Shown one piece after another: positions 18,746 to 29,581 of a stretch of DNA of 64,000 nt. Source of the DNA: Dehalococcoidia bacterium (GTDB lineage: Bacteria; Chloroflexota; Dehalococcoidia; UBA2979); contig OZ219871.1 in assembly GCA_964291495.2 (NCBI GenBank), positions 1,344,001 through 1,408,000 of the forward strand, written 5' to 3'. Made by a program: the position numbers and the translations under genes. Under the pieces are notes generated by a model. That model saw only the letters and a list, made by a program, of their open reading frames with translations, did no database searches and was not told where the DNA came from. Positions within the stretch are counted from its first letter, which is position 1. Every line of letters begins with the position of its first letter.

Positions 18746-18889
18746 ATGGCTGTCGCACTTGGTAAGCGCTACAAGGACGAGAACTCCGAGATCGAGGTGC
18801 TCTGCATCAAGCCCGGCGAATGTAATCTCAACGTCGACGGGCGCGGCATGGAGGAACTGCAGCCCAAGGTGCTGCCCTCCGCCGACTAG
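18746..18889 (+). CDS. 47-aa paralogous microprotein (not in ORF track)
   Basis: MAVALGKRYKDENSEIEVLCIKPGECNLNVDGRGMEELQPKVLPSAD; AGGAG RBS overlaps the previous stop. Confidence 0.8.
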   Translation: MAVALGKRYKDENSEIEVLCIKPGECNLNVDGRGMEELQPKVLPSAD

Positions 18890-18915
18890 CAGCGGCCGGT
18901 CCGCATCCACCGCCA

Positions 18916-18940
18916 AAGCCGGGAGCAGCGCTCCCGGCTT
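18916..18940 (+). terminator. Hairpin terminator-like stem after the microproteins
   Basis: Perfect 11-bp stem aagccgggagc / gctcccggctt with a 3-nt loop; U-tail is weak. Confidence 0.55.
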
Positions 18941-18968
18941 CCGCGCGTCCCCTGACTACGTTGCTGCC

Positions 18969-20474
18969 GTGACCCCCTCACCCGAACCGCTGCTGATCGA
19001 GGCGCGCCTGCTGACGATGGCGCGCCCCGGCGACGCGCCCGTGCCCGGCGCCGTCGCCTGCGCCGGGGGTCGCATCGTCGCCGTCGGCACGCCCGAGGAC
19101 TGCGCGCGTCGCCTGCCGCCAGCGCATCGCCGCATCGAGGCGCGCGACTCGACGCTGCTGCCGGGCTTCGTCGACGCGCACGTCCACATCCTCGCCGCCG
19201 CGGCCGCCGCGGCCGGGCCGGATGTCTCGCCACACGCCATCTCCAGCATCCCGGAGCTGCTCGAAGTGTTACGCGAGGCGGCGGCGCGCACGCCGCCCGG
19301 TCGCTGGCTGCGCGCCGCCGGCTACGAGGAGCTGATGCTCGCCGAGGGCCGCCCGCCGACGCGCGCCGAGCTCGACCGCGCCGTGCCCGGCCACCCCGTC
19401 CGCCTGATCCAGCGCAGCGGTCACGCCGAGGTGCTGAACTCGCGCGGCCTCGCCCTCGTGGGCATCGACGAGTCGACGCCGGAGCCGCCGGGCGCGGTCT
19501 TCGGGCGCTCGCTCGAGGACGGGCGACTCAATGGTCTGCTGCTCGGCATGGCCGACGCGATCGAGGCGGCGATGCCGCCGCCGGACCCGGCCGCCGTCGA
19601 GGCGCACGTGCGCGACTGGGCCCTCGCGCGGGCCGCCGAGGGCGTCACGACCTTCGTCGACGCAGGCGTGCGCAACGGACCGGCGGAGTGGACGACGTTC
19701 GAGCGCCTGCTGGCCGCGGGCGCGATCCCACAGCGCGTCGTCTCGATGGAGTCGGTTGACGCCCTCGGAGCGCTGCCGGTCGAGAGCGCCGAGGGCCGCC
19801 TGGGGCGCGGCGAGACGAAGCTGCAGCCCGCCACGTTCGAGGGCGAGGCGCCGGACGCCGGACCCCTCGAGGCGGGCGTGCGTGCGGCGATCGAGGCAGG
19901 GCGCCGTGTCGCCATGCACGCGCCGACGGAGCCGGCCGTCGCGGCCTCGCTGGCCGCCTTCCGCGCCGCCGGCGCGCCGCCCGGACAGCGTATCGAGCAC
20001 GCTCCGCTGCTGACGGCGCAACTGATCGAGGAGATCGTCGCGCTCGGCGCGGTCGTCGTGGCGCAGCCGGGGCTGCTCAACGAGGTCGGTGGCCGCTACA
20101 GGCAGTTGCTCGACGCGGAGCAGCGGGCGCGGCTGCACCCGTGGCGGGCGCTGCTCGACGCGGGCGCTCCGCTCGCCTTCAGCAGCGACGCCCCGATCTC
20201 GCGCGCGAGCGCCCTCGAGGCCGTCGCAGCGGCGTCCGTGGACCGCCCTGCCGACTTGGCGCCGGAGCAGGCGATCACGCCGATCGAGGCGCTGGACGCG
20301 TCGACGGCGGGTGCGGCCGACGCCGCCGGACTCGAGGACCGTGGCCGCCTCCTCGAGGGTGCCCTCGCCGACCTCGTGCTCATCGGCGAGCCGCTCGAGC
20401 GCGACCCCGCGAGCGCCCGCGTGCGGCTGACCGTGATCGGGGGCGAGGTGGCGTTCGAGGCGGGTGGTCCGTAG
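18969..20474 (+). CDS. Amidohydrolase family 3 protein (YtcJ-like)
   Basis: LLPGFVDAHVH, MHA, RIEHA, SSDAP and GALADLV. GTG start estimated. Confidence 0.88.
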   Translation: MTPSPEPLLIEARLLTMARPGDAPVPGAVACAGGRIVAVGTPEDCARRLPPAHRRIEARDSTLLPGFVDAHVHILAAAAAAAGPDVSPHAISSIPELLEVLREAAARTPPGRWLRAAGYEELMLAEGRPPTRAELDRAVPGHPVRLIQRSGHAEVLNSRGLALVGIDESTPEPPGAVFGRSLEDGRLNGLLLGMADAIEAAMPPPDPAAVEAHVRDWALARAAEGVTTFVDAGVRNGPAEWTTFERLLAAGAIPQRVVSMESVDALGALPVESAEGRLGRGETKLQPATFEGEAPDAGPLEAGVRAAIEAGRRVAMHAPTEPAVAASLAAFRAAGAPPGQRIEHAPLLTAQLIEEIVALGAVVVAQPGLLNEVGGRYRQLLDAEQRARLHPWRALLDAGAPLAFSSDAPISRASALEAVAAASVDRPADLAPEQAITPIEALDASTAGAADAAGLEDRGRLLEGALADLVLIGEPLERDPASARVRLTVIGGEVAFEAGGP

Positions 20475-20539
20475 AGGGTCGACTCCGCTCACGGTGGGCG
20501 CATCCGGGGTACGCTATTGATGTGTGAAGGGGAACTCAC

Positions 20540-20770
20540 GTGGGTTGGGAAGAGCGGATCGAATTGAACCCTGATGTTCTCGCCGGGAAACCGGTCGTAA
20601 GGGGGACGCGCCTCGCGGTCGAGTTCATCGTTGAGTTGCTCGCCGACGAGTGGACGGAAGAGGCGATTCTCCGTGAGTACCCGGGCCTGAGCCACGAAGA
20701 CATCCAGGCCTGCCTGCGCTACGCAAGCGAGCGTTTGCAGGCAGAGAAGGTCTACCCTCTCAACGTATAA
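20540..20770 (+). CDS. DUF433 protein, putative antitoxin
   Basis: IELNPDVLAGKPVVRGTRL...EYPGLSHEDIQACLRYA. Confidence 0.9.
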   Translation: MGWEERIELNPDVLAGKPVVRGTRLAVEFIVELLADEWTEEAILREYPGLSHEDIQACLRYASERLQAEKVYPLNV

Positions 20771-20776
20771 GCGGAC

Positions 20777-21136
20777 ATGCGGCTTCTCGCAGACGAGAAC
20801 CTCCCTGGACGTATGGTCGAGGCGTTACGCCGACTGGGCCATGACGTGACCTGGGTGCGCCTGGAGGCTCCGGGCAGCGTGGACGAGCGGGTACTCGAGC
20901 GTGCGGCAACAGAGGACCGCGTGCTGGTTACAGCCGACAAGGACTTCGGAGAACTTGCTTTCCGCAATCGACTTCCAGCCGCCAGCGGCGTCATCCTCCT
21001 TCGCGTGCGCGGTACCGTCGAGGCGCGCACGGCAGCGCTCGTGGCGGCACTCGAAGCTCGTGAGGATTGGGCTGGCCAGTTCGCGGTTGTTGCGAACGAT
21101 CGGGTCCGACTGACCCCCCTGCCCCCGGTCGAATAG
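20777..21136 (+). CDS. DUF5615 / Mut7-C PIN-like protein, putative toxin
   Basis: MRLLADENL, GHDV and RVLVTADKDFGEL. Confidence 0.88.
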   Translation: MRLLADENLPGRMVEALRRLGHDVTWVRLEAPGSVDERVLERAATEDRVLVTADKDFGELAFRNRLPAASGVILLRVRGTVEARTAALVAALEAREDWAGQFAVVANDRVRLTPLPPVE

Positions 21137-21205
21137 ACGGCTCCGTTCGCAGTGCCCTTGCGGTTCGACTGTGCCAGGAGAGGCGGACGAGGCCGGCGCC
21201 GACGT

Positions 21206-21235
21206 TTGACGGGCTGCGGGGGCGGCCCATACGAT
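21206..21235 (+). promoter_or_regulatory. Putative sigma70 promoter for rpsU
   Basis: TTGACG-18 nt-TACGAT. Confidence 0.55.
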
Positions 21236-21297
21236 CCCCCGACGGCTACGAACACGCGACCCGGATGGGGCGCGGCGGGGACGGGATTGCATACGGA

Positions 21298-21501
21298 GTG
21301 ACCGAGGTCTTTGTCGGCGAGTCGGAATCCTTCGAGGGCGCACTGAAGCGCTTCAACAAGCGCGTCCAGGCGGACGGGATCCTGTCCGAGGCACGGCGCG
21401 CCGAGTACTACGAGAAGCCTTCGGTCCGCCGCAAGAAGAAGGAAGCGGCCCGCCTGCGCAAGCTGCGCAAGGCGATGCGAGCCCAGGTCCGGCGACGCTG
21501 A
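21298..21501 (+). CDS. rpsU: 30S ribosomal protein S21
   Basis: ESFEGALKRFNKRV...YYEKPSVRRKKK; GTG start. Confidence 0.95.
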   Translation: MTEVFVGESESFEGALKRFNKRVQADGILSEARRAEYYEKPSVRRKKKEAARLRKLRKAMRAQVRRR

Positions 21502-21577
21502 CCGGGACCCCGGCAAGCGCCGGGGTCCGCTGTTGATGGCTGCCGCACCCTTGCGAGGGGTCCGGCCGGAAGGCGCC

Positions 21578-22030
21578 ATGCCCGCACTGCTCGACACCAT
21601 TCGTTCCGAGATGACCGCCGCGATGCGCGCCGGGGACACCCGGCGCCGCGACACGCTGCGGCTGCTGATTGCGGCCCTCGACAACGCCCGTATCGCCGCC
21701 GGCCGCGACCTTGGCGACGAGGACGCACTCGCCGCCCTGCAGCGCGAGGCGAAGCAGCGCCGCGAGTCGATCGAGGAGTACCGCAAGGGCGGCCGCGACG
21801 ACCTCGTGGACTCGGAGCAGGCGGAGCTGACGATCATCGAGGCGTACCTGCCGAGCCAGCTCGGCGAGGACGAGCTGCGCGCGATCGCGCGCGACGTGAT
21901 CGAGGAGAGCGGCGCGAGCGGCCCCGGCGACCTCGGAGCGGTGATGGGCCCGCTGATGCAGCGCGTGCGCGGACGCGCCGACGGTCGTCTGGCGAACGCG
22001 ATCGTTCGGGAGCTGCTCTCCGGAGCTTGA
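21578..22030 (+). CDS. GatB/YqeY domain protein
   Basis: AMRAGD..RRDTLR, KQRRESIEEY, YLPSQL and GRADG. Confidence 0.92.
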   Translation: MPALLDTIRSEMTAAMRAGDTRRRDTLRLLIAALDNARIAAGRDLGDEDALAALQREAKQRRESIEEYRKGGRDDLVDSEQAELTIIEAYLPSQLGEDELRAIARDVIEESGASGPGDLGAVMGPLMQRVRGRADGRLANAIVRELLSGA

Positions 22031-22079
22031 TGATCGGGGGCGGGATGGTCGCCCGCATCAGGCAGCGAGGGATGCCGCC

Positions 22080-24350
22080 GTGCTGAGCCGACCGACCGAG
22101 GCCCGCGGCTGGTTCGCGCGACCTGCCGCCATCTTGCTGGGACTCGGCATCGGCGCGGTCCTCTTCGTCGTGCTCTTCCCCTGGTTCCCGGGCGGCGCGG
22201 GCATGCGCGAGGGCGACGCCTCGCCATGGACGCTCTCCGCCCCGCGAGACCTGTCCTACGAGTCACTGGTCCTCACCGAGGCGGCGCGCGAGGAGGCCGC
22301 CGGGGCGGTCGCGGACGTGCAGCGCCGCGACGACTCGATCGCCGAGATCCAGATCGCGGAGCTGACCCGCCGGCTCGTCCTGATCGAGGAGGCGCGCGCG
22401 GGCGTCCTCTCCGCATCCGCCCGCGAATCGAGGATCCGCGCGGCTACCGGCGGCGAGCTGTCGGACAAGGCCGTCATGCTGCTCGGCGAGATCCCTGACA
22501 CGGACTTCCGCACGCTCGGTGACGAGGCGCGCGACATTCTCGGACGCCTGCTCTCGGGCAGCATCGCCGCGGCGGGTGTCGACGCGGCGCGCGAGCAGGC
22601 CGGCGAGCTGCTGCCGATAGGCCTCGACGAGGATCAGCGCCTGGTGCTCACGGAGCTGATCGCTCCGCTCGTCATCCCCACGCTCGTCGTGGACGAGGCC
22701 CGGACCGGGGAGCGGCGCCAGGAGGCGCGCGACGCGGTCCCGCCGGTCCGCGTGACGCGCGAACGGGGCCAGGTCCTGGTCGTGCAGGAGCAGCGGTTGA
22801 CCGCGTCCGATATCGAGTTGCTGGACGCCGCGGGGCTGAATCCGCGAGGGGTGCGCACCACGCACGTGCTGGCCGCGGGCATCGTCTCGCTGCTCTCCGG
22901 CGCGGCCTGCGGGGTCTATCTCTTCGTCGCGCGCCCGCGCGCGCTCGCCGGCGTGCGCCGCCTCACGCTGTTCACGCTGCTGCTGCTGGCTCCGGCGGCG
23001 GCGATTAAGTTCACGCTGCCGCTCGTGCTCCCCGATGTCGACCGGCACTTCCTCGTCTACGCGCTGCCGCTGGCGGCGTCGCCGATCGCGGCGGTGGTGC
23101 TGCTCGATCTCGGAGCCGCCGTATTGCTCACGGTCCTCCTCTCCTCGATCGCGGTCTTCGTCTCGATCTACCTGCCGTTCGCCGATGCCGCGGGCACCGG
23201 GCAGCTCGAGACAGCGAGGGCGTTCCTCGCGGTCTGCGCCGCCTCGCTCGCGGGGCTGTTCGTCGCGGCGAGGGCGAACAACCTGGGGCGCTACCTGACG
23301 GCCGGATTCGCGGCTGCGCTTGCCGCCGGCGCGGTGCTCGGAACGGTCTGGCTGATCGATCCCGATCGCCGTGCCGAGGACCTCGCCTGGATCGCCGGGG
23401 CGGCCGGGGTAAGCGGGATCGCCTCGGCGCTGATCGGCGTCGGCTTCTTCGTCCTGCTGAGCCGCCCCTTCGGCATCATCACGCGCGTCGAGTTGATGGA
23501 GCTGGCGCAGCTCAGCCACCCGCTGCTGCGCCGCCTGCAGGACGAGGCCCCCGGCACCTTCCAGCACTCGGTGATGGTTTCGAACATGGCCGAGCGAGCC
23601 GCCGACCGGATCGGGGCGGACTCCCTGCTCGTGCGTGTCGGCGCCTACTACCACGATGTCGGCAAGCTGGTGGCGCCGGGCTTCTTCGTCGAGAACTCGT
23701 CCGCGGAGGTGGATCCGCACGCCTCGCTCGACCCGCTGCAGAGCACGCGCGTGATCCAGCAGCACGTCGTCGCCGGCGTCGAGATCGCGCGCCGCGAGGG
23801 CGTGCCGATGGCGATCACGCAGTTCATCCCGCAACACCACGGCACGCGCCTCGTCGAGTTCTTCTACCGCCGCGCCGCCGCGGAGGATCCGGAGATCGAC
23901 CCCGATCTGTTCCGCTATCCGGGCCCGAAGCCGCAGAGCCGCGAGACAGCCATCGTCATGCTTGCCGACTCCAGCGAGGCCAGCGTCCGCGCCAGCAACG
24001 ACCGCACCGGGGACCGCATCCGCGAGATCGTCGAGAGTGTCGTGCGCGCGCGCCTTGACGAGCAGCAGTTCGACGAGTGCGACATCTCGCTGCGCGACCT
24101 GCGTGTCGTCGCCGACTCGTTCGTCGCGACGCTCACCGCCGTCTACCACCCGCGCGTCGAGTACCCGGAGCCGACCGCCCGCGAGCTGCAGGAGCGAGGC
24201 ATGACCGCAGCGGAGCGCATGCCCGCCGGAGAACCGCTACCCAACCGCCTGCCGCACGGCGAACGCGGGGAGGCGCGCGACAGCGGCGAGGAAGCCGCAT
24301 CCCGCCCGATCTGGGCCTCGGCGCGCTGGCGCCGGCGCCGCGACGGGTAG
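22080..24350 (+). CDS. 7TM-HD phosphohydrolase (PgpH/YqfF-like, candidate c-di-AMP phosphodiesterase)
   Basis: Extracellular domain, ~7 TM helices, APGTFQHS, YYHDVGK, QHHGT, FRYPGPKPQSRE and MLADS. Confidence 0.9.
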   Translation: MLSRPTEARGWFARPAAILLGLGIGAVLFVVLFPWFPGGAGMREGDASPWTLSAPRDLSYESLVLTEAAREEAAGAVADVQRRDDSIAEIQIAELTRRLVLIEEARAGVLSASARESRIRAATGGELSDKAVMLLGEIPDTDFRTLGDEARDILGRLLSGSIAAAGVDAAREQAGELLPIGLDEDQRLVLTELIAPLVIPTLVVDEARTGERRQEARDAVPPVRVTRERGQVLVVQEQRLTASDIELLDAAGLNPRGVRTTHVLAAGIVSLLSGAACGVYLFVARPRALAGVRRLTLFTLLLLAPAAAIKFTLPLVLPDVDRHFLVYALPLAASPIAAVVLLDLGAAVLLTVLLSSIAVFVSIYLPFADAAGTGQLETARAFLAVCAASLAGLFVAARANNLGRYLTAGFAAALAAGAVLGTVWLIDPDRRAEDLAWIAGAAGVSGIASALIGVGFFVLLSRPFGIITRVELMELAQLSHPLLRRLQDEAPGTFQHSVMVSNMAERAADRIGADSLLVRVGAYYHDVGKLVAPGFFVENSSAEVDPHASLDPLQSTRVIQQHVVAGVEIARREGVPMAITQFIPQHHGTRLVEFFYRRAAAEDPEIDPDLFRYPGPKPQSRETAIVMLADSSEASVRASNDRTGDRIREIVESVVRARLDEQQFDECDISLRDLRVVADSFVATLTAVYHPRVEYPEPTARELQERGMTAAERMPAGEPLPNRLPHGERGEARDSGEEAASRPIWASARWRRRRDG

Positions 24351-24426
24351 CGCGCTCGCGGCGCGCGATACCGCCACGCCGGAGGGCCGCCTATACTCGG
24401 ACCACCCCCGGGAGGATGGGATCACC

Positions 24427-25122
24427 GTGCGCGCTGCGGTCGTGGTCTTCCCCGGCAGCTGGAGCGACGGCGACTGCCTCTTCGCCCTCGGACGGCTCGG
24501 CGTCGACGCCTACCGCGTCTGGCATCGCGAGACGGACCTCGGCGGCGCGGACCTGGTCGTCCTGCCCGGCGGCTTCTCCTACGGCGACTACCTGCGCTGC
24601 GGCGCGATCGCGCGCTTCTCGCCCGTCATGCAGGCGGTGCGCGCGCACGCGGACGCCGGCGGCCTGGTGATCGGCATCTGCAACGGCTTCCAGATCCTCT
24701 GCGAGGCGGGCATGCTGCCCGGCGTGCTGATGCGCAACGCCTCGCTGCAGTTCCGCTGCCAGCCCGTGCACCTCATCGCTGCCGAGCACCGCTCGCCGTT
24801 CACCGCCGGGATCGAGCCCGGCCGCGTGCTGCAAGTGCCGATCTCCCACGGCGAGGGCAACTACTTCGCCGACGCCGTCGCCCTCGAGGCGATCGAGTCG
24901 CAGCGGCGTGTCGCCTTCCGCTACTGCACGGCGGACGGCCTCGTGACTCCCGAGGCGAATCCCAACGGCTCGGTGGCGAACATCGCGGGCGTGCTCAACG
25001 CGGCGGGCAACGTGCTCGGCATGATGCCGCATCCCGAGCGCGCCGCCGCTCCGCTGCTCGGCGGCGAGGACGGCAACGTGATCTGGCAGTCCGCGCTCGC
25101 GCGTGTGGGCGCGCCGGCATGA
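24427..25122 (+). CDS. purQ: FGAM synthase glutaminase subunit
   Basis: LPGGFSYGDYLR, GICNGFQ and GMMPHPER. Confidence 0.97.
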   Translation: MRAAVVVFPGSWSDGDCLFALGRLGVDAYRVWHRETDLGGADLVVLPGGFSYGDYLRCGAIARFSPVMQAVRAHADAGGLVIGICNGFQILCEAGMLPGVLMRNASLQFRCQPVHLIAAEHRSPFTAGIEPGRVLQVPISHGEGNYFADAVALEAIESQRRVAFRYCTADGLVTPEANPNGSVANIAGVLNAAGNVLGMMPHPERAAAPLLGGEDGNVIWQSALARVGAPA

Positions 25123-25137
25123 CGGAGGAGGTGCGAG

Positions 25138-25782
25138 GTGTCCGCTGACCTCACCAGCCCGGCCTACCCGGCCCGGCTGCGGATCGATTACCCGGAGGAG
25201 CAGCAGGACCGCGTCAGGGCGCTGTTCCGCCTGATCCTGGCGATCCCGATCGTGCTGCTGCTCGGCGTGCTGACCGGCGGCAGCCCGAACGCCCAGGAGT
25301 TCGACGACGTGTTGGTGGTCGTGGTCTCGTCGGGCGGCGTCATCGTCGTGCCGGTGCTGCTCATGCTCCTGTTCCGGCGCAAGTACCCGCGCTGGTGGTT
25401 CGACTGGAACCTCGAACTGACGCGCTTCTCCAACCGCGTCGGCGCCTACTTCCTGCTGCTGCGCGAGGAGTACCCCTCGACCGACGAGGAGCAGGCCGTC
25501 CACATCGAGATCGACTTCCCGGACGCGGAGCGCGACCTCAACCGCTGGTTGCCGCTGGTGAAGTGGCTGCTGGCGATCCCGCACTACATCGTGCTGGCGG
25601 TCCTGAGCTTCGTCGTGGTGGTGATCACGGTGCTCGCCTGGTTCGCGATCCTGTTCACGGGGCGCTACCCGCGCGGGATGTTCAACTTCGTCGTGGGCTG
25701 GAGCCGCTGGGCGCTGCGCGTCAGCGCCTACGCCTTCCTGCTCACCACCGACCGCTACCCGCCCTTCAGCTTCGAGGAGTAG
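25138..25782 (+). CDS. DUF4389 membrane protein
   Basis: Two internal repeats (LAIPH...FTGRYP..F.F..G..RW..RV.AY..L.TDRYPPF). Confidence 0.85.
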   Translation: MSADLTSPAYPARLRIDYPEEQQDRVRALFRLILAIPIVLLLGVLTGGSPNAQEFDDVLVVVVSSGGVIVVPVLLMLLFRRKYPRWWFDWNLELTRFSNRVGAYFLLLREEYPSTDEEQAVHIEIDFPDAERDLNRWLPLVKWLLAIPHYIVLAVLSFVVVVITVLAWFAILFTGRYPRGMFNFVVGWSRWALRVSAYAFLLTTDRYPPFSFEE

Positions 25783-25839
25783 CTTCGAGAAGGAGTAACC
25801 CCGCGCCGAGTGCGTGGTGAGGAGAGAGAGGAGCACACG

Positions 25840-26403
25840 ATGAACGACTACCCGGTGACGTTTGACGTCGCCTACCCGGAGGCGCCGAACCGCTGGCTGA
25901 TCCTGATCCGCTGGCTGCTGGCGATCCCGCACTACATCGTCCTGTACCTGCTGAGCCTCCTGGTGGGGATCGTGTGGATCGTTTCGTTCTTCACGATCCT
26001 CTTCGCGAGGACCTACCCGGATAGCCTCTACAGCTTCATGGTGGGCGTGAACCGCTGGAACGCGAACGTGGGCGCTTACATCCTTTTCTACGACCGTTAC
26101 CCGCCGTTCAGCATGGGCGAGAGCGACTACGAGGGCGTCACGTTCGCCGTCGAGAAGCCGGACTTCAACCGCTGGCTCGTGCTGGTGAAGTGGCTGCTCG
26201 TGATCCCGCACGCGATCGTGCTGAGCATCCTCGGCCTGATCGCCATGGTCGCCTTCGTTCCGCTCGTGCTTGCGGTGCTGTTCACCGGGCGCTACCCGCG
26301 GGGCCTGTTCGACTTCCTCGTCGGCGTCGGGCGCTGGAACGCGCGGGTGAGCGCCTACTACGTGTTCCTCGTGGACCGTTACCCGCCGTTCTCGCTGCGC
26401 TAG
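25840..26403 (+). CDS. DUF4389 membrane protein (tandem paralog)
   Basis: Same duplicated motif ending DRYPPFS; ATG 25840 after AGGAG. Confidence 0.85.
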   Translation: MNDYPVTFDVAYPEAPNRWLILIRWLLAIPHYIVLYLLSLLVGIVWIVSFFTILFARTYPDSLYSFMVGVNRWNANVGAYILFYDRYPPFSMGESDYEGVTFAVEKPDFNRWLVLVKWLLVIPHAIVLSILGLIAMVAFVPLVLAVLFTGRYPRGLFDFLVGVGRWNARVSAYYVFLVDRYPPFSLR

Positions 26404-26419
26404 CGACGGAGGACGCGCA

Positions 26420-28648
<2,229 letters not shown>

Positions 28649-28655
28649 ACCGTAC

Positions 28656-28696
28656 CGAACATCAGTTTGACAGTGTAGGTACACATGTTCTAACAT
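28656..28696 (+). promoter_or_regulatory. Sigma70 promoter overlapped by two LexA (SOS) box-like sites
   Basis: TTGACA (28667-72)-18 nt-TAACAT (28691-96); cGAACatcaGTTTg at 28656-69 and GTACacatGTTC at 28679-90. Confidence 0.6.
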
Positions 28697-28918
28697 CGTG
28701 CGGCTACGCCGGTGATGTTGGAGGGGGTGCGGAAGGCGGCGATTGCGCTTGATTCGGGGTCGTGGATAGCCTGTTGGGCGACTGACGGGCTTTTCTACAA
28801 CTCCATCGCCCACTGTGGCGGTGTGTGTAGAGCCTCGTTGACAACGTATGGGCCGCCCGGGCGCGCCGCCGTCATAGTCATTGGCGACCCGGCTCCGGCA
28901 CGGCGAGAGGGTTTCGGC

Positions 28919-29578
28919 GTGAAGGTCGTGTTTCTGGAGACCGTTGAGGGTTCGGGCACCCGCGGCGAGGTGAGAACCGTCGCTAACGGATATGCCCGCA
29001 ACTACCTGTTGCCTCGCGGCCTGGCCGCTGCGGCAACACCGGCTCTGCTCCGGCGGGCGGAAACGCTCGCCGCTCAGGAGGAAGAGCGGCAACGGCTCCT
29101 GGACGGGCAGGCTCATGAGCTCGTCGGCAAGCTCGAGGGCCAGCGCCTGATCATGCCTGTGCGCGTCGGAGAGCAGGGGCGTCTGTACGGTTCTGTCACA
29201 AATGCTGACATCGCCGAGAAGGCTGGGGAGATTCTCGGCGAAGAACTGGACAGGCGTCGTGTACTGCTGCCCGAGGCGATTCGCCAGGTCGGGGTCTACA
29301 CCGTACCGCTGCGGCTGTCGCGCAACGTGACTGCCGATGCGGAGGTCGTCGTCGTGGACGTCGAGGCGCCGCAAGGCGTCGAAGACGCCGCTGAGGCGCT
29401 CGTCGCAGAAGCGGCTGCTGCCGAGGCAGGCGTGGAGGCCGGGGTGGATACCCCCGATCCGACGAACACCGAAGACGTGCCGGAGCCGGGCTACAGCGAT
29501 TCCTCGGAAGAGGCCTCCGGCGACGACGCACCCTCGAATCAGGATGGTGCGGACTCCGGAGACGCCACAGAGACCTAA
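28919..29578 (+). CDS. rplI: 50S ribosomal protein L9 with acidic C-terminal extension
   Basis: KVVFLETV, GYARNYLLPRGLA and GRLYGSVT; GTG at 28919. Confidence 0.95.
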   Translation: MKVVFLETVEGSGTRGEVRTVANGYARNYLLPRGLAAAATPALLRRAETLAAQEEERQRLLDGQAHELVGKLEGQRLIMPVRVGEQGRLYGSVTNADIAEKAGEILGEELDRRRVLLPEAIRQVGVYTVPLRLSRNVTADAEVVVVDVEAPQGVEDAAEALVAEAAAAEAGVEAGVDTPDPTNTEDVPEPGYSDSSEEASGDDAPSNQDGADSGDATET

Positions 29579-29581
29579 CCC

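Noticed and set aside
18318-18968. N-terminal 217 aa of the 718-aa ORF in the track
   Set aside because: Overlaps the cytochrome c gene and the two microproteins in other frames; amidohydrolase similarity begins only near 18969.
28649-28918. Possible replication origin (AT-richer gap next to dnaB)
   Set aside because: No perfect TTATCCACA boxes, no clear DUE repeats and no dnaA/dnaN nearby. A regulated promoter explains it better.
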